Positions 19,851-28,270 are shown, counted from the stretch's first letter. The stretch is DNA of 32,000 nt from Candidatus Babelota bacterium (GCA_039809905.1 JBDHVY010000001.1:750001-782000); one strand, 5' to 3'. A program made the numbers and translations. Notes: generated by a model not told the origin, from the letters alone.

Positions 19851-21668
19851 ATGAACAGATTCTATTTATCTCAATTTTTTGGTTTATTGCTATTCATCTT
19901 GCTGCCGATATCCATAGTTGCAGAATATCATCACGCAACATTCACCGTGAATTTTACTCAATCGAATAATGGGTGCCCCACTGCAGAGAATCGTAAGTTG
20001 GGCTTAAAATCATACAGACCAAATAATGATTTTTCTCATCATAAAGAATCGGCTGGATATGGTAGATTTTCTGATCATAAACCTTGTTTTGATAACTATA
20101 CTGTTCATGATTTTAGAGATTATTTTACTGCACGAGGATATATAGAATCAGAAATTCTTAATCAGCCTTGTCTCTATATGTCTGAGGAATTTGTAAAATA
20201 TGCTCAAACATGTTCTGATTATAAAAATAAAATAAGAGAAATGTATGCAGAATTAAAAAATCTTAGCGTAATTCAAAAAGCTTGTCGTGTAGCGAAGGGG
20301 ACATATTGTAGAAAATTGCAAAAGCGTATTGGAAATCTTTATAAATCATTAGATACAATCAAAGAAGAACCGCAGATCAAGGGATATTATAATGTGCCGG
20401 ATATTCCAGAAAAGGCTTTTAACCCAATTGAATGTTTTGCAGAATATCAAGCATTAGCACCTATTTACCAATCGCATACGCCAAATCTGGCAAAAGCAAT
20501 TAATGCGCGATCAGTTATCTATAGAAATAGTGCTGCCAATCATTCCGGGCTTCAGTCAGTACAGAAATCCTACAATCTCAATGGTAACATTAAAAAATTA
20601 CTATCTCGATATGGCCATAACGCTGATTCTTTTACTTACTGTTATGGCAATCAATTGCAACAGACTATTCATCAAGAATCATTAGATATCCTTAAGCAGG
20701 TAGATAACCTGCCTTCACATTTCATTTTGTATGATCATCAAGAAGCATTAGTTGATATGGCTTCATCTATTGTTGAATACAATCATGCGGATATGTCAGA
20801 TAAAGCAATGCAGGTTGCTGATTTGTGTTGGACATTGCTTGATTATGGCCAAGCAATTGCTGAAGGTGCAGCTTTAGGATTATATTCTGCTGCGCATGAT
20901 ATTCTGACCAATCCTATTGAAGCAACAGTATCTACCGTTGCAGGCAAACAAGTTCTTGCATTCCAATTATGCAAAGTCCTTTATAATGTTGCTGATATTG
21001 GAGCAACAGCAATTCATGATTTTAAAACAGCTCAAGACAAGTGGGATAAGTATACTGAGCCTTTGAATACTATTATCGATGCTATCAACAAAAAAGAAAT
21101 AACGGTAAGAGATGCCATTAAGGGCGGCACTGCTTTTGTGGTGGGTTATAAAGCTCAAGGGAAGTTGCTGGGTGGGTTGGGCAAGTTTTGCGATACGATT
21201 AAACATAAAAGTATTAATTTTATTAAAAATAATCCATTGTTAAATTCGCAAGAATATTTAACAACACCAGAAGGATTGTTGTTTAAAGCAACTGGGCAGA
21301 GTGGTAAACTAGAGCAATCTATAGTACCGAGTTTAAAAAAAAATGTTGAAAAGAAGGTTGCTAAACATAAAAGTATAAAGCGGCTAATAAAACAAGAAGG
21401 CTTACCAACAAAGGGTAAATTACGCTACGTTCCTCCTAAAAAGCTTCATTCATTTGATAGGTTGCCGTATGAAAAATTACCTGGTAATAGAATAGGATTT
21501 ATAGATAGGTTCGGAAATCTTTGGGTCGAAGGAAAATCTAGAACTAAAGGTCAACTTTTTGAGTGGGATGTTCAATTATCAAAACAAGGTATACAACAAG
21601 TAGGATGGATGACTCGTGATAATAGTCATCTTAATGTTAGTTTAGATGGAAGGGTAACTCATAAATGA
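19851..21668 (+). CDS. Secreted modular toxin, chassis A with C-terminal tip resembling the polymorphic toxin type 17 class
   Basis: Signal peptide; N-terminal ~470 aa paralogous to the 22749..24587 product; unrelated tip GNRIGFIDRFGNLWVEGKSRTKGQLFEWDVQLSKQGIQQVGWMTRDNSHLNVSLDGRVTHK. Confidence 0.8.
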   Translation: MNRFYLSQFFGLLLFILLPISIVAEYHHATFTVNFTQSNNGCPTAENRKLGLKSYRPNNDFSHHKESAGYGRFSDHKPCFDNYTVHDFRDYFTARGYIESEILNQPCLYMSEEFVKYAQTCSDYKNKIREMYAELKNLSVIQKACRVAKGTYCRKLQKRIGNLYKSLDTIKEEPQIKGYYNVPDIPEKAFNPIECFAEYQALAPIYQSHTPNLAKAINARSVIYRNSAANHSGLQSVQKSYNLNGNIKKLLSRYGHNADSFTYCYGNQLQQTIHQESLDILKQVDNLPSHFILYDHQEALVDMASSIVEYNHADMSDKAMQVADLCWTLLDYGQAIAEGAALGLYSAAHDILTNPIEATVSTVAGKQVLAFQLCKVLYNVADIGATAIHDFKTAQDKWDKYTEPLNTIIDAINKKEITVRDAIKGGTAFVVGYKAQGKLLGGLGKFCDTIKHKSINFIKNNPLLNSQEYLTTPEGLLFKATGQSGKLEQSIVPSLKKNVEKKVAKHKSIKRLIKQEGLPTKGKLRYVPPKKLHSFDRLPYEKLPGNRIGFIDRFGNLWVEGKSRTKGQLFEWDVQLSKQGIQQVGWMTRDNSHLNVSLDGRVTHK

Positions 21669-22039
21669 AATTACAATCTTGTCTCATGATTCGATGTATC
21701 GCTCTTAATACTATAAATACGCAGGAACTTTTTTATAAATTAGAAAATTATACAAAAAAATATTTTCCCTATGCAGAGGTCAACTTAACGATAAATGAGC
21801 CTTATTGGAAAGAACCAGAGTCCAATGAAATTATTTATCAGCTTTTCAATAATCAATTTGTTACTGTAACTGACTACATTAAAAATATGTTTTTATCTTG
21901 GCATCAAAAAAAAATTAATTACGAAGAAAATGCTGTATGGAGTAAATTATGCTACTCGGAACAAATTTTTCTGATGCCAGAAGTTGAATGGGTTCAAATA
22001 TATACATGGGAAGAAGAAGAAAACCCAACAATGAATTAA
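21665..22039 (+). CDS. Candidate immunity protein for toxin A
   Basis: ATGA overlap with the toxin stop; small, acidic (EVEWVQIYTWEEEENP), no signal peptide. Confidence 0.65.
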   Translation: MKLQSCLMIRCIALNTINTQELFYKLENYTKKYFPYAEVNLTINEPYWKEPESNEIIYQLFNNQFVTVTDYIKNMFLSWHQKKINYEENAVWSKLCYSEQIFLMPEVEWVQIYTWEEEENPTMN

Positions 22040-22194
22040 TAGCAAAAACTTTTAATTCATTGTTGGGCAAATAAAAAGAACTATTTTGCACTTTCGTTAT
22101 TTACTTATTAAGTTCTGCAAATAACGTCTGAATCGTACTTAGTGAGTACTTTATCGGAGCTGTTTTATTAACGAGCCTATCTCTGAGTGGATGC

Positions 22195-22323
22195 CAGTCT
22201 TCGCTGCTAACGCAGCTTCGTCTGGCTCCGCCGGCAAGAAAATCTAAGCAAATACAAAAACTGTGATAGCAGAAAGCGAAGACTGTCCGAAGTAGTTCAC
22301 ACTTTGTGAGAACGTAGACGGAC
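22195..22323. repeat. Structured intergenic element with two consecutive inverted repeats
   Basis: cagtcttcgct (22195-22205) / agcgaagactg (22275-22285), perfect 11-bp IR; gtccg..gttcacac / gtgagaac..cggac (22285-22323). Confidence 0.6.
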
Positions 22324-22367
22324 CATCCCATCAAATGCTCACTCTTATCTTTTTAATTTTCATTACC

Positions 22368-22586
22368 ATGTTTTACTATGTCTATTTAATACAATCTATA
22401 TCTCATCCTGATACTCGATATATAGGTTATACTACCAATTTAAAAGAACGCCTAGAAACGCACAATTCTGGTGGTTCAATCTATACTAAAAAAGATCGGC
22501 CATGGAAATTGGTTATGTGTTCGGTATTTAAAAATATGGATTGTGCTAAGCAATTTGAACAATATCTGAAATCCCAATCGGGCTGA
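22368..22586 (+). CDS. GIY-YIG domain protein (UPF0213-like), slightly truncated by TGA
   Basis: MFYYVYLIQSISHPDTRYIGYTTNLKERLETHNSGGSIYTKKDRPWKLVMC...KQFEQYLKSQSG; in-frame continuation AFAKKRFW after TGA. Confidence 0.8.
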   Translation: MFYYVYLIQSISHPDTRYIGYTTNLKERLETHNSGGSIYTKKDRPWKLVMCSVFKNMDCAKQFEQYLKSQSG

Positions 22587-22621
22587 GCATTCGCAAAAAA
22601 AAGATTTTGGTGATTTATAAA

Positions 22622-22650
22622 GAGCAGTTTTAAACTGTTCTTTTTTTTTC
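22622..22650 (+). terminator. Rho-independent terminator
   Basis: gagcagttt-t-aaactgttc stem followed by a T-tract. Confidence 0.8.
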
Positions 22651-22748
22651 TTTAAATAGTCTTTGTGTAAGATAATCTTAGCTGTTATTTTGAACTATCA
22701 TGCTAAAATATTTTGAGTTACCTGTTATTGTGAAAAAGAGAGTTATGT

Positions 22749-24587
22749 ATGGGGAGATCTTATCAGTCGAGATTTTTTAAATTCTTTCTTTTTTCTTTTG
22801 TTTGGGTGTCGATATTCGCAGAACATCATTATGCAAGATTCGCAATAAATTATACTCGGTTAGATGATAAATCTGTTAAAGAGTATAGATCAAGTAGTGA
22901 TTTTTCCCATGATAAGAAATGGTATCAACATAATATATTTTGCACCAACCAGTCTCTTTTTAGTAATTATACAGCTCATGATTTTAAGAGTCATTTTACT
23001 ACACGAGGATATACAGAATCAGAAATTCTGAATCAATCTTGTTTATACATGTCGGATGAATTTGTAAAACATGCACAAACATATTCAGGTTATAAAAATA
23101 AAATACGAGAAATGTATGTTGAATTAAAAAATCTTAGCGTAATTCAAAAAGCTTGTCGTGTAGTGAATGGAACTTACTGTAGAAAATTACAAAAGCGGAT
23201 TGGGGATCTTTATAGATCATTAGACGCAATTAAAGAAGAACCACAGATCAAAGGATATTATAATCCGATTAATGCTGCAGAAAAAACTTTTCATCCAACT
23301 ATTTCTGAACATTTTGCAGAATATGAAACATTAGAATCTGTTTATCAATCGCATACGCCAAATCTGTCAAAAGCAATTAATGCGCGATCAGTTATATATA
23401 GAAATAGTGCTGCTAATAATTCTTGGCTTCAGCCAATACAGAAATCCTACAATCTCGATGATAACATTAAAAAATTACTATCTCGATATGGCCATAAGGC
23501 TGATTCTTTTACTCATTGTTATGGCAATCAATTGCAGCAGGTTATTCATCAGGAATCATTAGATATCCTTAGCCATGTAGATAATCTCCCTCCGCATTCC
23601 GTTTTGTATGATCATCAAGAAGCTCTTATTGATATGGCTGCATCTATTGTTGACTATAATCACGCAGATATGCCAGATAAAGCGATGGTTGTTGCGGATT
23701 TTTGTTGGACGTTGCTTGATTATGGCCAAGCAATTGCTGAAGGTGCAGCTTTAGGATTATATTCTGCTGCACATGATATTCTGACCAATCCTATTGAAGC
23801 AACAGTATCTATCGTTGCAGGTAAGCAAGTTCTTGCATTCCAATTATGCAAAGTCCTTTATAATGTTGCTGATATTGGAGCAACAGCGATACATGATTTT
23901 AAAACAGCTCAAGACAAGTGGGATAAGTATACTGAGCCTTTGAATACTATTATCGATGCTATCAACAAAAAAGAAATTGCTGTAAGAGATGCAATTAAGG
24001 CTGGTACCGCTTTTGTGGTGGGTTATAGAGCTCAGGGGAAGTTGCTTGGAGGATTGGGCAAATTTTGTAATACCATTAAGCACAAAAGTATTAGCTTTGT
24101 TAAAAATAGTCCGTTGTTTAGTCCACAGGACTATTTAACAACGCCAGAAGGCTTGCTGTTTAAGGTTGCAAAACTAAATCAACTTGAGCATCCAAATAAA
24201 GCTTCATATTTAAAAGAATCTATTGAAAACCGAATAGGAACAGTGTGGGATACTATTAAACCTACTGATCTTATGTATCCGGGGACAAAAATTCCTAAAT
24301 CATTTGAGCTTACTTTGGGAAATCAGAAACTTTGGGTTGCTCCCAATGCAACTAAACACATGACAGACTATGCGGTAAAACATCTTGAAGTTACACATTC
24401 TGTTCCTATGAATAGCCAAGCCTTGCTTACTAGTTTTAAAATTGCTGTGGAGCAAGCTGTATCTAAAGGTATACTATATGACACAATGATTAGAGTTGGT
24501 TGCTGGGAATTTAGATTTGGCATGCCTCGAAAAGCCGGTTTATTACCAAGTATTTATCATGCAAATTTTAAACCAAATGGATGGTAA
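22749..24587 (+). CDS. Secreted modular toxin, chassis B with a different C-terminal tip
   Basis: Signal peptide; ~470-aa chassis strongly similar to 19851..21668 until TTPEGLLFK, then an unrelated tip (LWVAPNATKHMTDYAVKHLEVTH...VGCWEFRFGMPRKAGLLPSIYHANFKPNGW). Confidence 0.8.
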   Translation: MGRSYQSRFFKFFLFSFVWVSIFAEHHYARFAINYTRLDDKSVKEYRSSSDFSHDKKWYQHNIFCTNQSLFSNYTAHDFKSHFTTRGYTESEILNQSCLYMSDEFVKHAQTYSGYKNKIREMYVELKNLSVIQKACRVVNGTYCRKLQKRIGDLYRSLDAIKEEPQIKGYYNPINAAEKTFHPTISEHFAEYETLESVYQSHTPNLSKAINARSVIYRNSAANNSWLQPIQKSYNLDDNIKKLLSRYGHKADSFTHCYGNQLQQVIHQESLDILSHVDNLPPHSVLYDHQEALIDMAASIVDYNHADMPDKAMVVADFCWTLLDYGQAIAEGAALGLYSAAHDILTNPIEATVSIVAGKQVLAFQLCKVLYNVADIGATAIHDFKTAQDKWDKYTEPLNTIIDAINKKEIAVRDAIKAGTAFVVGYRAQGKLLGGLGKFCNTIKHKSISFVKNSPLFSPQDYLTTPEGLLFKVAKLNQLEHPNKASYLKESIENRIGTVWDTIKPTDLMYPGTKIPKSFELTLGNQKLWVAPNATKHMTDYAVKHLEVTHSVPMNSQALLTSFKIAVEQAVSKGILYDTMIRVGCWEFRFGMPRKAGLLPSIYHANFKPNGW

Positions 24588-24614
24588 TTTTTAAATTATA
24601 AAAGTCAAAATAAG

Positions 24615-25124
24615 ATGTTAAAACTCAAAAATATTTCACCTATTACTAGAGAAATTTACAATGAATCAGATTGTTACATTAAAATTAGATTGCTATTTAA
24701 GCAGCTAGAACCTTCAGATGGTGTGTGCTATTGGAATGCTTATGGGCAAGCAAGTTCTTTAACAGAAATTACCTTGTACAATCCAACGGGAGCCATTTAT
24801 GATCTGACAATTTTTTTTGCTGTCTCTAATATTAAACGGAAAGATATATCAACAATAAAAAATGAGGCGATTGAAAAAATTGGTTTTCCCTTATTTGAAA
24901 CTTATATAGAAAAATACCAAGAAGGATATTACCATCTGCCGGAAGAAAAAATTGACTTTGAGATTCATGTTGGGGAAAAAGATACCACTATTTTATTTTC
25001 ATCGAATTCAGTAGTACTTCACGTTAATAATGAATCAGTTATTTTTGGTTTTGATTGTGATAATGACCTATGCTATATCCATCTGAAAAATATGACTTTA
25101 AATGAAGAAGGTTTTTTGAAATAA
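24615..25124 (+). CDS. Candidate immunity protein for toxin B
   Basis: 169-aa acidic, apparently cytosolic ORF immediately downstream of toxin B on the same strand. Confidence 0.6.
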   Translation: MLKLKNISPITREIYNESDCYIKIRLLFKQLEPSDGVCYWNAYGQASSLTEITLYNPTGAIYDLTIFFAVSNIKRKDISTIKNEAIEKIGFPLFETYIEKYQEGYYHLPEEKIDFEIHVGEKDTTILFSSNSVVLHVNNESVIFGFDCDNDLCYIHLKNMTLNEEGFLK

Positions 25125-25172
25125 AAATAGTTAACCTCTTCAACCTCTAAAAACTTCAAATAAAGAGTACGT

Positions 25173-25505
25173 ATGATTAAGGATTCTTTTATTAACATAC
25201 AAGAAATAGAAAGTGAACTAAAAAATATGTTAGAGATAGCGGAAATCTTTAGCATAAAATTTGCATTAATGAGTCAACAAGTAGCATATATCTTTTCTCA
25301 ATTAAAAAACTGTAAAACATATGAAGATGTGGATTGTTATTTTAAATGCTTAGATATAATCCAAGGAGATTTAGCCCGTTTATCTTACGAATATAATGTA
25401 GGATTACCTGATCGGTTGATGAGATTTGTGCATGATTTTGATAATTTTGAAGAAGCAAAAAAATATTATTTTCCAAAAATAAAAAGTGGAGAATATTCAT
25501 TTTAG
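25173..25505 (+). CDS. Small acidic protein, candidate additional or orphan immunity
   Basis: 110-aa helical ORF between the toxin B cassette and the orphan toxin-tip fragment. Confidence 0.5.
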   Translation: MIKDSFINIQEIESELKNMLEIAEIFSIKFALMSQQVAYIFSQLKNCKTYEDVDCYFKCLDIIQGDLARLSYEYNVGLPDRLMRFVHDFDNFEEAKKYYFPKIKSGEYSF

Positions 25506-25514
25506 TGCAGCTTA

Positions 25515-25638
25515 AGAACTAAGGTCTAGCTACATTTGTGGGATGTTCAATTATCAAAACAAGATATACAACAAGTAGGATGGATGACTCGTGATAATAG
25601 TCATCTTAATGTTAGTTTAGATGGCAGGGTAACTCATA
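25515..25638 (+). pseudogene. Orphan toxin-A tip fragment
   Basis: 25538-25638 matches 21563-21663 with 2 substitutions; 25515-25537 matches upstream toxin sequence with small indels; no chassis attached. Confidence 0.85.
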
Positions 25639-25819
25639 TTTGTAGGGTTTTGTTTTGAAATAATATCAGATGATAGTGTAACAAAATGAAAAAAGATTGC
25701 TCATTTGCTGTTCTTTAGACCTTTTTTAATAGAAATAGGCTCATAGATAGCAGATATAGCTAAAAAATTAATCCATAGATGTTTTTCTATAAAAATGACC
25801 ATTTGATTATTTATTTGTG

Positions 25820-25925
25820 TGTGGTACGCTAATAACAAGGCTAAAATATTACAAACATAGAGGTTTTATGAAAACATTACGAAAACATGCGATTATTGCT
25901 TTTTTATTAGTTGCAATGACTACAA
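25820..25925 (+). repeat. Duplicated leader module, copy 1 (upstream region + signal-peptide coding)
   Basis: gtgtggtacgctaataacaaggctaaaatattacaaacatagaggttttatgaaaacattacgaaaacatgcgatt... near-identical to 27980..28085. Confidence 0.85.
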
Positions 25926-26434
25926 TAATTCCTATACATGCTAATTCAAATATTAACTATCAAACTAAAGCGGAAGAATTATTGATTGAACTCAAAAAAA
26001 CTGAAGCTCCCTGGTATAAAACATCCGAAGGACTTAAGGATTGTGCGAGTACTATCGGGATAGTTGCAACATGGGTATCTTTTCCTTTTGTATTCCATTC
26101 TTATGTAGATGCAAAGATGGGACTTGAAGGAAAACCCAAAAACCAGACTTCTCTGTTAGATGAGATCAAGAAATGGTCAAAAGAAGCCACGGCAACTGAG
26201 AGAGTCGGTATAGGATTTATTTCGCTGTCTTTTATTGGATTGCTTTTTTCTCTGCCGGTAATGACAGGAAATAGTAGGTCGAAAAAAAGTGAAATTCCAT
26301 GGTATAAAAAACCTGAAGTGCATAAGGATTGTAAGGATTTTGCAGTTATTGCAGGAGCAGTAGCGGGATGGGCGTCATCTCCATATATATTCTATGCATG
26401 TAAAGATCAGATCAAGAAATGGCTAAAGATATAA
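25868..26434 (+). CDS. Small multi-TM protein with signal peptide and internal duplication
   Basis: Start preferred at the MKTLRKHAIIAFLLV methionine by comparison with the duplicated leader; repeats EAPWYKTSEGLKDCA.../EIPWYKKPEVHKDCK.... Confidence 0.7.
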   Translation: MKTLRKHAIIAFLLVAMTTIIPIHANSNINYQTKAEELLIELKKTEAPWYKTSEGLKDCASTIGIVATWVSFPFVFHSYVDAKMGLEGKPKNQTSLLDEIKKWSKEATATERVGIGFISLSFIGLLFSLPVMTGNSRSKKSEIPWYKKPEVHKDCKDFAVIAGAVAGWASSPYIFYACKDQIKKWLKI

Positions 26435-26645
26435 TTGTAAATAATCTCTATCTCAGTAAGCAATAAACTCGAAGATAGTCTTGCTTGCGAGGAAGAATTC
26501 CAGGCTGAATTTGAAAGAATGAGTGCGCAGAAAAGCGACATCAAAAAGAAGAGCAGATAAAAAATATTTTTATAGGGCATAGATTTCCATGCCCTATATT
26601 TCCTAAAAAACAGTAATTTTATTTGATATAATTTTTGAGTAAAGC

Positions 26646-27494
26646 ATGCTGTTTTCATTCGTATATGAAAAAATAGATTATTGGTTTCATATCTTTTATA
26701 TTATTCTTATGAAGAAAAATTTAAAAAAAGGTCATAAATTTAATGGCCCTTTATTGAGTTCTGTAAGGTTCAATCCTTCTGAAGAAATAAATAATTCTGC
26801 TTATCCTTTTTGTTTAGAAATTATTCAGAATTTAAAAGAAATAGACTTCTCTTCGCCAGTTACTTTCTTTGTGGGCGAAAATGGTACAGGTAAATCAACG
26901 CTGCTTGAGTCAGTTGCCTACCATGCCGGTTTTGGGTCAGAAGGAGGGAGTAAAAATATTTCTTTTAAGACATCCAAGGATGATACCTATTCAGGTGTTC
27001 AAGGTTTAGCTGATCAGCTCATTCTTTCGTGGAAACAAAAGCCTAAAGATGGGTATTTCTTTAGGGCAGAAACTTTTTACAATATTGCAAACCATTTAGA
27101 CTATCTTAATGATGAGAGTGGTGGAGCTTATGCTTCATATGGTGGCAAATCTTTGCACCATCAATCTCATGGTGAAAGCTTTTTATCTTTTTTTAAAAAT
27201 AGAATGGGTAAAGGCGGATTTTTTATATTAGATGAGCCTGAAGCCGCGCTTTCGCCGCAGCGTCAAATTGCTTTGTTGTTGGTTATTCATCAATTATGCA
27301 AAGATTCCAATACTCAGTTTATTATTGCAACTCATTCGCCCATTTTACTTGCTTATCCAAAAGCAGTTATTTATTCGTGTGATGAAAAACAGCTAAAGCA
27401 AATTATGTATACAGAAACAGCTCATTATAAAATAACTAAAGATTTTCTTAATAATCCTGATCTCTATCTAGGAAAATTATTCTCTATGGAATAA
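26646..27494 (+). CDS. AAA-family / ABC-like ATPase, RecF/AAA_21-type; start likely near 26709
   Basis: Walker A GENGTGKSTLLES, signature-like QSHGESFLSFF, Walker B GGFFILDEPEAALSPQRQ, H-loop ATHSPILL. Confidence 0.85.
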   Translation: MLFSFVYEKIDYWFHIFYIILMKKNLKKGHKFNGPLLSSVRFNPSEEINNSAYPFCLEIIQNLKEIDFSSPVTFFVGENGTGKSTLLESVAYHAGFGSEGGSKNISFKTSKDDTYSGVQGLADQLILSWKQKPKDGYFFRAETFYNIANHLDYLNDESGGAYASYGGKSLHHQSHGESFLSFFKNRMGKGGFFILDEPEAALSPQRQIALLLVIHQLCKDSNTQFIIATHSPILLAYPKAVIYSCDEKQLKQIMYTETAHYKITKDFLNNPDLYLGKLFSME

Positions 27495-27541
27495 TAATGT
27501 AACAAGGCAAAAGAGGATAACGATGTTATATTTTTTGTATC

Positions 27542-27886
27542 CTACTTATGGCTGCTATATAATTCGAATAAATTTCCCGTAACCATTAACCAACACAAAA
27601 TAGTTCCTAATATTTTATCACCTAACATAGGCTGAGGGTCAACTGGTTTTTTCTTATAATATATATCGTGCATAGTACGATATGTTACTGTAGAAGAAAT
27701 AGTACCAAGACTACTCCATAAAAGCGCGTTGTAAATTCTATTCTTGAAGGGTAGTCTAAAATCATCACTATTCCATGTAACTGCTTTAAAAGTTCTAGCC
27801 TTGACTGTTTCTTTTGATGAAGTAGCTATATTTAATGCGGGATTTGCGCATACCAGAGCACTTAAAAGAAATACTGCTTTGTTCAT
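27542..27886 (-). CDS. Small membrane protein with signal peptide
   Basis: 114-aa ORF, two TM-like segments; antisense-oriented relative to its neighbours. Confidence 0.5.
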   Translation of the reverse strand: MNKAVFLLSALVCANPALNIATSSKETVKARTFKAVTWNSDDFRLPFKNRIYNALLWSSLGTISSTVTYRTMHDIYYKKKPVDPQPMLGDKILGTILCWLMVTGNLFELYSSHK

Positions 27887-27979
27887 AATAACCCCTATTT
27901 AATTATTTTTTATAACTCTAACTGTAGCAATTTTTTACTTTTTGTCAATATATAAAATTACAAATTGACTATTTGCTTA

Positions 27980-28085
27980 TGTGTGGTACGCTGACAACAA
28001 GACTAAAATATCACAAACATAGAGGTTTTTATGAAAATATCACGAAAACATGCGACTATGGCTTTTTTATTGATTGCAATGGCTG
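27980..28085 (+). repeat. Duplicated leader module, copy 2
   Basis: gtgtggtacgctgacaacaagactaaaatatcacaaacatagaggtttttatgaaaatatcacgaaaacatgcgact... Confidence 0.85.
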
Positions 28086-28270
28086 CAATAGTTCCTGTAT
28101 ATGGTAACTCAGGCATTAAGGATCAGGCTAAAGAAGTAGAAATATTGGTTGAGCCTAAAAAATCTGAAATGCTGTGGGTTTATGCAAAATTAGGATTATT
28201 ATTTTGTGTAATCGTTGCCTATGGGGTATCAAAGCCTGGAGGAGATAGAGATAATATACGACAGCCTTAA
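28031..28270 (+). CDS. Small secreted/membrane protein sharing its leader with 25868..26434
   Basis: 79 aa; signal peptide MKISRKHATMAFLLIAMAAIVPVYGNSGIKDQAKE; one further TM segment. Confidence 0.6.
   Translation: MKISRKHATMAFLLIAMAAIVPVYGNSGIKDQAKEVEILVEPKKSEMLWVYAKLGLLFCVIVAYGVSKPGGDRDNIRQP

Noticed and set aside
22584-22586. TGA as a recoded sense codon in the GIY-YIG gene
   Set aside because: The aligned residue is Arg, not Gly or Trp as in known UGA recoding, and TGA is used as a normal stop elsewhere (for example toxin A). A point mutation is simpler.
25817-25867. Upstream start (MCGTLITRLKYYKHRGF) for the 205-aa ORF
   Set aside because: The duplicated leader at 27980 has a 1-nt length difference just before the second ATG that would break this frame, so the start is placed at 25868.
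26407-26658. 83-aa minus-strand ORF
   Set aside because: Overlaps the neighbouring gene end; no recognisable domain. The plus strand here (about 26460-26560) reads KLEDSLACEEEFQAEFERMSAQKSDIKKKSR*, a possible coding remnant, but too short to call.
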